This document shows positions 28,148 through 38,646 of a stretch of 64,000 nucleotides of DNA, one piece after another. A model generated the notes under the pieces. That model searched no databases. It was not told the DNA's origin and saw only the letters and a program-made list of their open reading frames with translations. Both the position numbers and the translations under genes were made by a program. The first letter of the stretch is position 1. The number at the start of each line of letters is the position of its first letter. The stretch comes from Flavobacteriaceae bacterium (lineage in GTDB: Bacteria > Bacteroidota > Bacteroidia > Flavobacteriales > Flavobacteriaceae): contig JALSLI010000013.1 of NCBI GenBank assembly GCA_026988395.1, forward strand, positions 9,008 through 73,007, given 5' to 3'.

Positions 28148-28181
28148 AAAAAAAAACCGCTGAAAAAATTCAGCGGTTTTT
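28148..28181 (-). terminator. intrinsic terminator downstream of rpsA
   Basis: aaccgctgaa-aaaa-ttcagcggtt flanked by an A-run and a T-run. Confidence 0.75.
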
Positions 28182-28201
28182 ATAATCGAAATTAAAAAGG
28201 A

Positions 28202-30442
28202 TTATTCTCCTTTTTCCATTTTCTTTTTTAAATCAGCTAATGCCTGATTTGCTTCACCGATAGTAGTTTTATCTTGCTCTTCCATCTTTTTCTTAGCAAC
28301 GGCAATATTTTTTTGCTCTTGCTCTTTAAAAGTTGCAGTATGAGAAACTACCAATCTTCTATATTCTTTGTTAAATTCTAATACTTTAAAATCTGCAGTA
28401 TCTCCTTTAACTAACTTAGAACCATCTTCTTTTTCCATATGACGAGAAGGTACAAATCCTTCTACATTATCTTCAAAATTAACGATTGCTCCTTTGTCAT
28501 TTCTTTCTTTTACAGTTCCTTCGTGAACACTTCCGATAGTATATTTACTTTCAACAGCATCCCAAGGATTTTCTTGTGTTTGTTTATGACCTAAGTTTAA
28601 TTTTCTTTCTTCAGGATTTAATTCTAAAACAACTACATCAAGTTTATCACCAACTTTTACAAATTCTGATGGATGTTTGATTTTTTTAGTCCAAGATAAA
28701 TCTGAAATATATACTAAACCATCAATACCTTCTTCTAATTCAACAAAGACACCAAAATTGGTATAGTTACGAACTGTTCCAACATGTTTAGAACCAACAG
28801 GATATTTAGCCGTAATATCTGTCCAAGGATCCGGTTGTAATTGTTTCATGCCTAAAGACATTTTTCTGTCTTCTCTGTCTAAAGATAAAATTTGAGCTTT
28901 TACTTTATCGCCAACTTTTACAAAATCTTGTGCAGAACGTAAATGTGTTGACCAAGACATTTCGGAAACATGAATTAATCCTTCAACTCCCGGAGCTACT
29001 TCGATAAACGCACCATAATCAGCAATAATAGTGATTTCTCCTTCTACTACATCACCAACTTTTAAGTTTGGATCTAAAGCTTCCCAAGGATGTTTTGTTA
29101 ATTGTTTTAAACCTAATTGAATACGTGTTTTATCTTCATCAAAATCTAAAATAACAACGTTTAAAGTTTGGTCTAATTCAACTACTTCATTTGGATGATT
29201 GATTCTAGACCAAGATAAATCGGTAATATGTACTAATCCATCTACACCTCCTAAATCAACAAACACACCATAAGAAGTAATGTTTTTAACCACACCTTCT
29301 AATACTTGTCCTTTTTCTAATTGACCAATAATTTCTTTCTTTTGTTCTGCAATATCAGCTTCAATAAGTGCTTTATGCGAAACAACCACATTTTTGAATT
29401 CGTGATTAATTTTAACCACTTTAAACTCCATGTTTTTATCTACATATTGATCGTAATCTCTAATTGGTTTAACATCGATTTGAGAACCAGGTAAAAATGC
29501 TTCTAAACCAAATACATCTACAATCATTCCTCCTTTTGTTCTACATTTAACGTGACCTGTTACTACTTCTCCTGTTTCGTGAGCAGTATTAACACGTTGC
29601 CAAGCTTTAATTACTCTTGCTTTACGATGAGATAATACTAATTGACCTGTATTATCTTCTAATTTATCTACTAAAACATCAACTTTATCACCTACTTTTA
29701 AATGCGGATTGTAACGGAATTCATTTAATGAAATAACACCTTCCGATTTGGAATTGATATCAATAATTGCTTCACGATCTGTTATACGAATTACAGTACC
29801 TTCTAATAATTGACGTTCTTCAACAAAACCTTGAATGTTTTCTAATTCTTTGTTAAAAGCTTCAATCTTATCAGCATCTACCTCTTCAATACCTTCTTCG
29901 TATTTGTGCCAATTAAATTCTGCTAAAAATTTATCAGGATCAATAACTTCTACCTCAGGAATTTCAACAACAGCTTCTTCTGCTAATTCTGCTACAACGT
30001 TACTATCTTCTGTAACAGCTTCTTTAGTTTCAGCTTTTGGAGCTTCCGCTTTTTTTGTTTCTGTTTTTGTTTCTTCTTTTTTTACTTCTTCTTTTTTAGC
30101 TTTATCCGGATAATTTCCTTCTAAACCTAAATCTTCTACTAAGATGTAATAAAAAATTGCACGGTATTTTTTCTTATTGGATTTACCCATTTTTTCGCAA
30201 ACTGCTTGAATGGCTTCATCTAATTTTTCAGAATCTTCTAATCCGTGTTTTTTGATTAAAAAGTTCTTTTTTACTGTAGCTAATTCCGATGCATCGGAGC
30301 ACGAAACGATTTCTGCATCTTTTTTAAAGATTGATGGACCTAAACCTTTAACTACTTTTGTGAATAAATCTTTTTTAAAATTTACTCCTAATTTTTCCAT
30401 CTCAGCGATGTAAAATTCAATTTTTTCTTCTGTTTTAGTCAT
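28202..30442 (-). CDS. rpsA: 30S ribosomal protein S1 with N-terminal DUF2853-like domain and K/E-rich linker
   Basis: 746 aa. The S1 part starts near FLAEFNWHKYEEGIE, followed by six S1 repeats. About 170 extra N-terminal residues are in frame, with no internal ATG, GTG or TTG start before the S1 part. Confidence 0.9.
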   Translation of the reverse strand: MTKTEEKIEFYIAEMEKLGVNFKKDLFTKVVKGLGPSIFKKDAEIVSCSDASELATVKKNFLIKKHGLEDSEKLDEAIQAVCEKMGKSNKKKYRAIFYYILVEDLGLEGNYPDKAKKEEVKKEETKTETKKAEAPKAETKEAVTEDSNVVAELAEEAVVEIPEVEVIDPDKFLAEFNWHKYEEGIEEVDADKIEAFNKELENIQGFVEERQLLEGTVIRITDREAIIDINSKSEGVISLNEFRYNPHLKVGDKVDVLVDKLEDNTGQLVLSHRKARVIKAWQRVNTAHETGEVVTGHVKCRTKGGMIVDVFGLEAFLPGSQIDVKPIRDYDQYVDKNMEFKVVKINHEFKNVVVSHKALIEADIAEQKKEIIGQLEKGQVLEGVVKNITSYGVFVDLGGVDGLVHITDLSWSRINHPNEVVELDQTLNVVILDFDEDKTRIQLGLKQLTKHPWEALDPNLKVGDVVEGEITIIADYGAFIEVAPGVEGLIHVSEMSWSTHLRSAQDFVKVGDKVKAQILSLDREDRKMSLGMKQLQPDPWTDITAKYPVGSKHVGTVRNYTNFGVFVELEEGIDGLVYISDLSWTKKIKHPSEFVKVGDKLDVVVLELNPEERKLNLGHKQTQENPWDAVESKYTIGSVHEGTVKERNDKGAIVNFEDNVEGFVPSRHMEKEDGSKLVKGDTADFKVLEFNKEYRRLVVSHTATFKEQEQKNIAVAKKKMEEQDKTTIGEANQALADLKKKMEKGE

Positions 30443-30692
30443 GTGACTAGTTACTTTGTATTTTATTGTTTACCGGACTTTTAACGAAAAAACAATAAAA
30501 GATGTTATTTTTGTTTTATATAAAATTCCCTTTTCAAAATCCGTACTCGTAAAAAGGTCTGCAAAATTACGTAATATTATGTAATTGAACAAAATAAATT
30601 AAAAATAAAAATTACACAGTTAAACAAAGTTGATTTCATGAATTTTTATGATTAATATTTCCAAATTATGCGCCTAATAATCAACTATTCTC

Positions 30693-31223
30693 TTACCGTT
30701 CACGATATTTTTTATACCATTTGACTAAAATCATTAATACAATTCCTAAAGCAAAAATACCCACAACACCAAAAATCCAATTAAACGAATTTTTTAAAAC
30801 CACCAAAAAAACAATTGAAAACAACAATATTGTTGCTACTTCATTCCATAATCGTAATTGTTGTGAGTTGTATTTAACAATATCATGCTGTAAATCTTTA
30901 AAAATTAGATGCGATTTATAGTGGTATAAATATAGTAAACTAACCATTACCAATTTAACTATCATCCAATTTTGATGCAACCAAACCGGATTTTCAATCA
31001 GTAACAGTGTTGCTGTAATCAATACTATTATTGCCGATGGCCAAGTAATGATATACCACAAACGCTTACTCATTATTTTGTATTGATTTTGTAAAATTGA
31101 TTTTTGAGGATCTTCCATCTCGCTGGCTTCAACATGGTAAATAAACAATCGAACCATATAAAACAAACCGGCAAACCAAGTAACAACAAAAATGATGTGT
31201 AATGCTTTAAGATATAAATACAT
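30693..31223 (-). CDS. hemJ: protoporphyrinogen IX oxidase HemJ-type membrane protein
   Basis: 176 aa. The N-terminus (LKALHIIFVVTWFAGLFYMVRLFIYH) is characteristic of HemJ/UPF0093. It overlaps hemH by 17 nt. Confidence 0.7.
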   Translation of the reverse strand: MYLYLKALHIIFVVTWFAGLFYMVRLFIYHVEASEMEDPQKSILQNQYKIMSKRLWYIITWPSAIIVLITATLLLIENPVWLHQNWMIVKLVMVSLLYLYHYKSHLIFKDLQHDIVKYNSQQLRLWNEVATILLFSIVFLVVLKNSFNWIFGVVGIFALGIVLMILVKWYKKYRER

Positions 31224-32247
31224 CTGTTTTACTCTTTTTAATTCGGTTATTTATCCAACCTTCAACAACTTTAACCCAATCTTCATCTTCATTTAAACAA
31301 TAAAGATACTTAAAATCTTCACCTCCGGCGTTTAGAAAAGTTTTTTTACCTTCAATAGCCATTTCCTCTAGAGTTTCTAAACAATCCGTTACAAAAGCAG
31401 GGGCCACAACGGCTATTTTTTTAATTTCTTTTTGTGGAAGTTCGGCTAAAACATGATCTGTGTATGGTTTTAACCAAGGATCTTTTAATAACCTTGATTG
31501 AAATGAAATACCATATTTATCTTTGCTGAATCCTAATTCTTCTACCACTCTTTTGGTCGTTTCATAACATTGATGACGGTAGCAAGTTTTATGTGCAACA
31601 GAAGGTTTTTCACAACAAGATCCATCTAATTTACAATGATTATTTGTTGGATCTGCTTTATAAATATGTCGTTCAGGCAAACCATGATACGAAAATAATA
31701 AATAATCAAAATCGTAACCTGATAATTGATCTTTAATAGATTTAGACAACACCTTTATGTAATTGGAATTTTTATAAAAAACAGGAAAAAAATCTAATTT
31801 TAGATTTTTAAAAAATTTATCTCTTACTTCTTCTGTTTTCACTTTTACAGTTTCATAACTAGACATTGCATAATGCGGATAAAGAGGCAACACCAAAACA
31901 TCATTCACGCCTTTTGCTAGCAATTTCTCCAAACCTTTTTTAATCGATAAAGAACCATAACGCATGGCTAATTCAACAGGAAAATCTACATTTTCTTTTA
32001 ATTTTTTAGTAAAATTTTTAGAAATTTCAATAAGCGGAGCATCACCATCTTTCCAAATTTTACGATAAGCTTCGGCTGTTTTTTGTGGTCTTGTATTTAA
32101 AATTATTCCTTTTACCAAAAGGAATCGTTTCCAATACGGCATATCTAAAACATATTCATCCATTAAAAATTCATCTAAATAACGCTTTACATCCTTCTTT
32201 TTTGTACTATCCGGCGACCCTAAATTAACCAACAAAACACCTTTCAT
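31207..32247 (-). CDS. hemH: ferrochelatase
   Basis: 346 aa with LLVNLGSPDS at the N-terminus and a ferrochelatase-like core. Confidence 0.9.
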   Translation of the reverse strand: MKGVLLVNLGSPDSTKKKDVKRYLDEFLMDEYVLDMPYWKRFLLVKGIILNTRPQKTAEAYRKIWKDGDAPLIEISKNFTKKLKENVDFPVELAMRYGSLSIKKGLEKLLAKGVNDVLVLPLYPHYAMSSYETVKVKTEEVRDKFFKNLKLDFFPVFYKNSNYIKVLSKSIKDQLSGYDFDYLLFSYHGLPERHIYKADPTNNHCKLDGSCCEKPSVAHKTCYRHQCYETTKRVVEELGFSKDKYGISFQSRLLKDPWLKPYTDHVLAELPQKEIKKIAVVAPAFVTDCLETLEEMAIEGKKTFLNAGGEDFKYLYCLNEDEDWVKVVEGWINNRIKKSKTDVFIS

Positions 32248-32512
32248 CTTTATTTGTTACTTTTATTACTTATCTTAAATTAAATTTCACTAACTTAAAT
32301 AGAACTTTTATCGTTGTTTTTTATTCTTCAATCAATATAAATTTTATTTTTACATGGCAAAAATAGTAATTAAGGGCGATAAAACTCCATAAAATAAGAA
32401 TTTATAAGGAATTTATTCTTATTTAGAATTATTCTAAATTAAAAATACATCTGGTATTTTTTGCGATATTTTTATATTTAGATTAATTTTGTACTCTGAT
32501 TTTTTAGATAAG

Positions 32513-33739
32513 ATGAACACAAATTTATATGTTGTTGGCATTAGCCACGAAAAAGCCAATCAAGAAATAAGAAGTAAATACAGCCTTTCGGAAGAAAGCA
32601 TTCAAAAAATCTTACAAGAAGCCAAGAAAAACGGTATCAAATCACTAGTTGTTTTATCCACTTGTAATCGAACGGAAATTATTGGTAACGTTCCGCATCC
32701 TTATATTATCATAGAACTTTTTTGTAAATATAGTAACGGCTCGGTTGATGAATTAACAAAATACGCTTATATCTACAAACAAGACGATTCGGTTTTACAT
32801 ATTTTTGAATTAACATCCGGAATTAAAAGTCAGATATTGGGCGATTATGAAATCGTAAGACAATTAAAAAATGCGTTTAAAATAAGCAAGCAAGAAGATA
32901 TGCTGGACAGTTATCTAGAGCGTCTTTTTAATCATGCTTTACACGCCAGCAAAGAAGTAAAAAACGCTACTGAAATTAGTGGCGGAACAACTTCTACTTC
33001 CTACGCCGGAATACAATATTTAAAAAATAAATTTGGCTCCTTAAAGAATAAAAAAATTGCAATTTTAGGCTTAGGAGATATTGGAAAAAGCACCTTAAAA
33101 AACTTAACACAATATTCAGATGCCAATCAAATTACAGTTTTAAATCGAACCGTATCAAAAGCTGAAAATTTTATAAAACAATACGAAAAAACACAGCTTG
33201 GCGATTTTAATAACTTAAAAGCCGAATTGGAAAAACAAGACATTCTTTTTGTTTGTTCTAATGCTAAAGAACCTATAATTACACAACAAAATGTTCCGTT
33301 AACAAAAGAATTTACCATTGTGGACTTATCGATACCAAGTAATGTTTCTAAAAAAGTAATGGAATTTAAAAATATAGATCTTATAAAACTAGATGATTTA
33401 TCCAATATAACGGATTCTACTTTTGAAGCTCGAAAAAAAGAGATTCCGCTTGCAAAAGAAATTATAGAAAAACACAGATCTGAATACCAAGCTTGGCTTT
33501 CCAACAGAAAATTTACACCTGTTTTAAACGGATTAAGAGAAACCCTTCAACACATTAAAGAAGCTGAGCTAAAAGCAAACATTAAAAACAATCCTGAACA
33601 AAAGGAAATTGCCAATTTGGTTACAGATAAAGTCATTCAAAAAATCACCAATCGCTTTGCATATCATATAAAAAACGATCCTAAAATGGCAAATCAAAGT
33701 ATTGAAGTACTTAAAGAAGTTTTTGACATTAATATCTAG
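32513..33739 (+). CDS. hemA: glutamyl-tRNA reductase
   Basis: I prefer the ATG at 32513 (MNTNLYVVGISHEKA) over the TTG at 32489. It has the catalytic motif STCNRTEI. Confidence 0.9.
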   Translation: MNTNLYVVGISHEKANQEIRSKYSLSEESIQKILQEAKKNGIKSLVVLSTCNRTEIIGNVPHPYIIIELFCKYSNGSVDELTKYAYIYKQDDSVLHIFELTSGIKSQILGDYEIVRQLKNAFKISKQEDMLDSYLERLFNHALHASKEVKNATEISGGTTSTSYAGIQYLKNKFGSLKNKKIAILGLGDIGKSTLKNLTQYSDANQITVLNRTVSKAENFIKQYEKTQLGDFNNLKAELEKQDILFVCSNAKEPIITQQNVPLTKEFTIVDLSIPSNVSKKVMEFKNIDLIKLDDLSNITDSTFEARKKEIPLAKEIIEKHRSEYQAWLSNRKFTPVLNGLRETLQHIKEAELKANIKNNPEQKEIANLVTDKVIQKITNRFAYHIKNDPKMANQSIEVLKEVFDINI

Positions 33740-33744
33740 TTATT

Positions 33745-34653
33745 ATGCATATCAAAATAGGAACTCGAAAAAGTGAATTAGCCTTAAAACAAGCTCACAC
33801 TGTTGGAAAATTGATACAATCAAAAGGTGGTAGTTATGAAATAGTAGGTATTAATTCAGAAGGTGATTTAAACTTAAAAACACCTCTTCACCAATTAGGC
33901 AACACCGGCGTTTTTACCAAAGCGTTAGATATTGCTTTAACTGAAGAAATCATTGATATCGCAGTACATTCACTAAAAGATGTTCCTACGGTTTTGCCTA
34001 ATGATCAAGTACAGGTTGCCGTTCTCAAACGAGATAATCCGTTAGATATTTTATTACTTAAAGACGATAATGAAATTGATTTCACCCAAGATTTAGTTAT
34101 TGCAACAGGTAGCATTCGCCGAAAAGCCCAATGGTTACATAAATATCCAAATCACAAAATTGTTGGATTAAGAGGTAATGTAAATACAAGGCTTCAAAAA
34201 TTAAAAGAAAATAATTGGAATGGTGCTATTTTTTCGCATTCCGGTTTAGACCGAATAAATTTAGTTCCTAAAAATCATATCCAATTAAATTGGATGGTTT
34301 CCGCTCCGGCACAAGGGATTGTTTCGATAGTAGCCTTAAAATCAAAAACCGAAATCTTTGACTTCATCAATCCGTTTAACCACGAAGAAACTGAAATTAC
34401 TTCTAAAATTGAAAGAGACTTTTTAAATGAATTAGAAGGTGGTTGCTCTGCTCCGATTGGAGCTTTTGCTACGATAATAGAAAATACCATTCATTTTACA
34501 GGAACCTTAACATCTACTGATGGAAAACAACATCTTAAAATAAAAAAAGAAACTAAGCTAAACGATGCAAATGACTTTGGAAGAGTTTGTGCAAAAGAAC
34601 TTCTAGCTAATGGAGGAAAAGAATTAATGGATAAATTTAAAGCAACCAAATAA
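33745..34653 (+). CDS. hemC: hydroxymethylbilane synthase
   Basis: 302 aa with IGTRKSELALKQA. Confidence 0.9.
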   Translation: MHIKIGTRKSELALKQAHTVGKLIQSKGGSYEIVGINSEGDLNLKTPLHQLGNTGVFTKALDIALTEEIIDIAVHSLKDVPTVLPNDQVQVAVLKRDNPLDILLLKDDNEIDFTQDLVIATGSIRRKAQWLHKYPNHKIVGLRGNVNTRLQKLKENNWNGAIFSHSGLDRINLVPKNHIQLNWMVSAPAQGIVSIVALKSKTEIFDFINPFNHEETEITSKIERDFLNELEGGCSAPIGAFATIIENTIHFTGTLTSTDGKQHLKIKKETKLNDANDFGRVCAKELLANGGKELMDKFKATK

Positions 34654-34727
34654 TTATTAAATCGAATAAAAACATATTAATTACACGAAAATTACCCAAT
34701 TTTAAAACAAATTCAGATCTAAATTGG

Positions 34728-35348
34728 TTGATAGAAGATTTCATTGAAATTTATGAAACAGAATTTGAATTACCCAAATTTCACTCAAAAGACATCCTTG
34801 TTTTTACCAGTAAAAATGCTGTAAAAAGTGTTTTTAACCAATATCCAAATGTACAATTTCAAAAGAATACCATTCTTTGTGTAGGCAAAAAAACAGAAAA
34901 ATGCTTAAAAAATAAAAATCTAACTGTAAAACACACAGCAAATTCGGCTAAAAAATTAGGCGAATGGTTAATCTTAAACAATAATAACAAACAATCCGTT
35001 TTACATTTCTGTGGGAATATTAAGAGAAAAGAACTGGAAAATATTTTAATCAAAAATCAAGTAAATTATTCCGAAATAGAGGTTTATAAAACAACATTAA
35101 CACCAAAAAAAATAAACAAGCCTTTTGATGGTGTTTTATTTTTAAGCCCTTCCGGAGTAAAAAGTTATATTTTAGCTGACAATCCTTCCGATAAGATAGT
35201 ATTTTGTATCGGAAATACAACTGCTAACGAAGCTAAAAAACACTTTAAACAAGTTATAGTTTCGGATAAACCGAGCGTAGAAAATAGTATAAAAATAATA
35301 GAGAATCATTATGGAAATATACAGAACAAGAAGATTAAGAGCAAATAA
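34728..35348 (+). CDS. hemD: uroporphyrinogen-III synthase (true start probably upstream and non-canonical)
   Basis: The track starts at TTG 34728. The frame is open from 34641 and encodes KNILITRKLP, the conserved first strand of HemD, with no ATG, GTG or TTG there. Confidence 0.7.
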   Translation: MIEDFIEIYETEFELPKFHSKDILVFTSKNAVKSVFNQYPNVQFQKNTILCVGKKTEKCLKNKNLTVKHTANSAKKLGEWLILNNNNKQSVLHFCGNIKRKELENILIKNQVNYSEIEVYKTTLTPKKINKPFDGVLFLSPSGVKSYILADNPSDKIVFCIGNTTANEAKKHFKQVIVSDKPSVENSIKIIENHYGNIQNKKIKSK

Positions 35349-36285
35349 TGCCATAAGAAGTTTGGTACGTGAAAATCACTTGCAAATAGATGATTTAATC
35401 TACCCATTATTTATTGAAGAAGGAACTAATATCGAAAAAGAAATCCCTTCAATGCCCGGAATATTCAGATATTCTATTGATAAGCTAAAAAAGGAATTAG
35501 ATGAAATAACAGAATTAGGAATTAAAGCCGTACTTTTATTTGGTATTCCTTTAAATAAGGATGAAGAAGGTTCAGAAACGTGGAATGATAACGGTATCAT
35601 CCAACAAGGTATTCGGTTTATTAAAGAGAATTATCCTCAGTTATATATAATTACAGATGTTTGTTTTTGCGAATATACATCGCACGGACATTGTGGCGTG
35701 TTGTGTTGTGGTGATGTAGATAATGATTTAACCTTAAAAAATATCGAAAAACAAGTTCTTTCGCATGCCAAAGCCGGAGCTGACATGGTTGCTCCTTCCG
35801 GAATGATGGATGGCACAGTTGGTACTATTAGAAAAGTTTTAGACGAAAGCAATTTCACAAAAGTTGCTATCATGGGCTACTCCATAAAATACAGTTCGGC
35901 ATATTACGGTCCTTTTAGAGATGCTGCCGACTCTGCTCCTTCTTTTGGTGACCGAAAAACGTACCAAATGGATCCTGCAAATCGCCATGAAGCCATGATT
36001 GAAGCAAAATATGACGATTTAGAACAAGCAGATATTTTAATGGTAAAACCGGCTTTGTCTTATTTAGATATTATACGTGATTTAAAAAACAGCACCAACA
36101 AACCGGTAGCTTGCTACAATGTATCCGGAGAATATGCTATGATTAAAGCAGCAGACGAAAAAGGTTGGATAAACGGCACAGAGGTTATGATGGAAAGCTT
36201 ACTTTCTATGAAACGAGCAGGAGCAAAAATTATCATTACGTATTTTGCCAAAGAAGTTGCTAAAATCTTAAAAAATAAACAGTAA
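35311..36285 (+). CDS. hemB: porphobilinogen synthase
   Basis: 324 aa with [15 protein letters not shown] and a Zn-site Cys cluster ([12 protein letters not shown]). Confidence 0.9.
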   Translation: MEIYRTRRLRANNAIRSLVRENHLQIDDLIYPLFIEEGTNIEKEIPSMPGIFRYSIDKLKKELDEITELGIKAVLLFGIPLNKDEEGSETWNDNGIIQQGIRFIKENYPQLYIITDVCFCEYTSHGHCGVLCCGDVDNDLTLKNIEKQVLSHAKAGADMVAPSGMMDGTVGTIRKVLDESNFTKVAIMGYSIKYSSAYYGPFRDAADSAPSFGDRKTYQMDPANRHEAMIEAKYDDLEQADILMVKPALSYLDIIRDLKNSTNKPVACYNVSGEYAMIKAADEKGWINGTEVMMESLLSMKRAGAKIIITYFAKEVAKILKNKQ

Positions 36286-36286
36286 A

Positions 36287-37579
36287 ATGAAAACAAAAAA
36301 ATCGCAAAAACTATATAAAAAAGGACTAAAACATTTAGTTGGAGCTGTAAATTCTCCGGTAAGAGCGTTTAATTCCGTTGGTGGAAATCCTATTTTTATC
36401 AAAAAGGCTCATAAAAGTCACATTACAGATGTAGATAATAATAAATACGTAGATTTTGTATTGTCTTACGGTCCGATGATTCTTGGTCATGGACACAAAA
36501 AAGTTGTAAAAGCTGTAAAAAAAGCGAGTAACAAAGGATTTTCTTTTGGAGCATCTACAAAAGGAGAAATAAAATTAGCCAAAATGGTTTGTGATGCTTT
36601 TCCGGTAATGGATAAAGTACGATTTGTAAATTCCGGTACCGAAGCAGTTTTAAGTGCTTTAAGACTTGCCAGAGCATTTACAGGTAAAAATAAAATCATC
36701 AAATTTTCAGGATGTTACCACGGCCATTCCGATTCATTACTTGTAGCGGCAGGATCCGGTTTAGCTACTTTAAGCATTCCCGGAAGTAAAGGCGTGCCTA
36801 ATGATGCCGTAAAAAACACCTTAATAGCAGAATACAATAATATTGAAAGTGTTGAAAAACACCTAGAAGAAAATCAAGATATTGCAGCCATTATTTTGGA
36901 ACCAATTGCCGGTAATATGGGAGTTGTACTTCCTACAGAAGAATTTATTCAAGGTCTAAACGAACTAGCAAAAAAACACCAAGTTTTAATCATTGCCGAT
37001 GAAGTAATGTCCGGTTTTCGTTCAAAATTCGGAGGTGCTTACGAAAAAATCGGACTGCAAGCTGATATTATTTGTTTAGGAAAAGTAATCGGTGGCGGAA
37101 TGCCGGTTGGTGCATACGGAGCAAGAAACGAAATTATGCAAATGGTTTCTCCTCTTGGCAAAATGTATCAAGCAGGTACACTTTCCGGAAATCCAATTGC
37201 AATGGCATCAGGTATTGCAACCTTAAAAGAATTAAAAAAGCAAAATCCATATTTATTTTTCAACAAAACTGCTGAAAAGATTGAAGGGTTTTTAAAAGAT
37301 GCTGCTACCAAAAACGGGATTGCTATCCAAGTAAATCGCTATGGCTCTATGATAAATGTATTTTTTACTGATAAAACGGTAACGGATTTTCCTTCAGCTC
37401 AAACAGCAAACACAACCGATTTTGGTATTTTCTTTTGGGAAATGATGGAAAATGGTGTATTTATTCCTCCTTCACAATTTGAAGCTTGGTTTTTAAGTAC
37501 AACCCTTTCCGATAAGGATTTAAAGAAAACGGAAAAAGCCATTTTTAAAGCAATGGAAAAAGTTAAAACAAAAAAATAA
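36287..37579 (+). CDS. hemL: glutamate-1-semialdehyde 2,1-aminomutase
   Basis: 430 aa with GAVNSPVRAF and a PLP Lys region (CLGKVIGGG). Confidence 0.9.
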   Translation: MKTKKSQKLYKKGLKHLVGAVNSPVRAFNSVGGNPIFIKKAHKSHITDVDNNKYVDFVLSYGPMILGHGHKKVVKAVKKASNKGFSFGASTKGEIKLAKMVCDAFPVMDKVRFVNSGTEAVLSALRLARAFTGKNKIIKFSGCYHGHSDSLLVAAGSGLATLSIPGSKGVPNDAVKNTLIAEYNNIESVEKHLEENQDIAAIILEPIAGNMGVVLPTEEFIQGLNELAKKHQVLIIADEVMSGFRSKFGGAYEKIGLQADIICLGKVIGGGMPVGAYGARNEIMQMVSPLGKMYQAGTLSGNPIAMASGIATLKELKKQNPYLFFNKTAEKIEGFLKDAATKNGIAIQVNRYGSMINVFFTDKTVTDFPSAQTANTTDFGIFFWEMMENGVFIPPSQFEAWFLSTTLSDKDLKKTEKAIFKAMEKVKTKK

Positions 37580-37604
37580 ACAACAGTAGTTGTACTTTAA
37601 TATT

Positions 37605-38636
37605 ATGATAAAAAACAAACTATTTCTTAGAGCATTAAAAGGAGAAAACGTAGAACGTCCACCGGTTTGGATGATGCGTCAGGCAGGAAGATATTTACCT
37701 GAATTTATGGAATTAAAAGCCAAATACGACTTTTTTACCAGATGCCAAACACCGGAATTGGCTGCCGAAATTACTGTACAACCAATTAGACGGTTTGGTA
37801 TGGATGCAGCAATTTTATTTTCAGATATCTTGGTTATTCCGCAAGCGATGAACATTCCTTTTGAAATGAAACCAAATGTTGGCCCTTGGTTACCAAACCC
37901 TATCCGTTCTCAAAAAGATGTTGATCAGGTAATTGTACCAAATATTGAAGAAACTTTGGGCTATGTATTGGAAGCCATAAAATTAACCAAAAAAATGCTT
38001 AATGACGAAGTGCCATTAATTGGTTTTGCCGGTTCACCATGGACTATTTTATGTTATTGCGCTCAAGGTCAAGGAAGTAAAACTTTCGATAAAGCAAAAA
38101 AATTTTGTTTTACACAACCTGTTGCCGCACATTCTTTGTTGCAAAAAATTACAGATACAACTATTTTGTACCTCAAAGAAAAAGTAAAAGCAGGCGTAGA
38201 TGTGGTTCAGATTTTTGACTCTTGGGGAGGAATGCTTTCGCCCGAAGATTACCAAGAATTCTCATGGAAGTACATCCAACAAATTATAGATGCTTTAAAG
38301 GAAGAAGCTCCTGTAATTGTTTTTGGAAAAGGTTGCTGGTTTGCACTAGAAGAAATGTCTTATTCAGGTGCTTCTGCAATTGGTGTAGATTGGACTATCA
38401 CACCTGAAAATGCCAGAAAATTCACTAACAATAAAGTTACTTTACAAGGAAATTTAGATCCTACCAGATTATTTTCTCCTCCAAAAGTAATTAAAACTAA
38501 AGTTACCGAAATGATTAATCGCTTTGGAAAAGATAAATATATCGTTAATTTAGGACATGGTATTTTGCCTAATATTCCGTTAGACAACGTAAAAGCATTT
38601 ATTGATGCTGTAAAGGAATATCAAGAACCAAAATAA
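37605..38636 (+). CDS. hemE: uroporphyrinogen decarboxylase
   Basis: I prefer the ATG at 37605. It has [12 protein letters not shown]. Confidence 0.9.
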   Translation: MIKNKLFLRALKGENVERPPVWMMRQAGRYLPEFMELKAKYDFFTRCQTPELAAEITVQPIRRFGMDAAILFSDILVIPQAMNIPFEMKPNVGPWLPNPIRSQKDVDQVIVPNIEETLGYVLEAIKLTKKMLNDEVPLIGFAGSPWTILCYCAQGQGSKTFDKAKKFCFTQPVAAHSLLQKITDTTILYLKEKVKAGVDVVQIFDSWGGMLSPEDYQEFSWKYIQQIIDALKEEAPVIVFGKGCWFALEEMSYSGASAIGVDWTITPENARKFTNNKVTLQGNLDPTRLFSPPKVIKTKVTEMINRFGKDKYIVNLGHGILPNIPLDNVKAFIDAVKEYQEPK

Positions 38637-38646
38637 CATTACAGGA

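Noticed and set aside
30475-30491. Box in the rpsA upstream region resembling the TTTTCGT..AAAAGTC box of hairpin elements A/B (minus strand TTTTCGTTAAAAGTCC)
   Set aside because: It is only a ~16-nt partial match in AT-rich DNA, with no partner arm and none of the other shared boxes, so it is probably chance.
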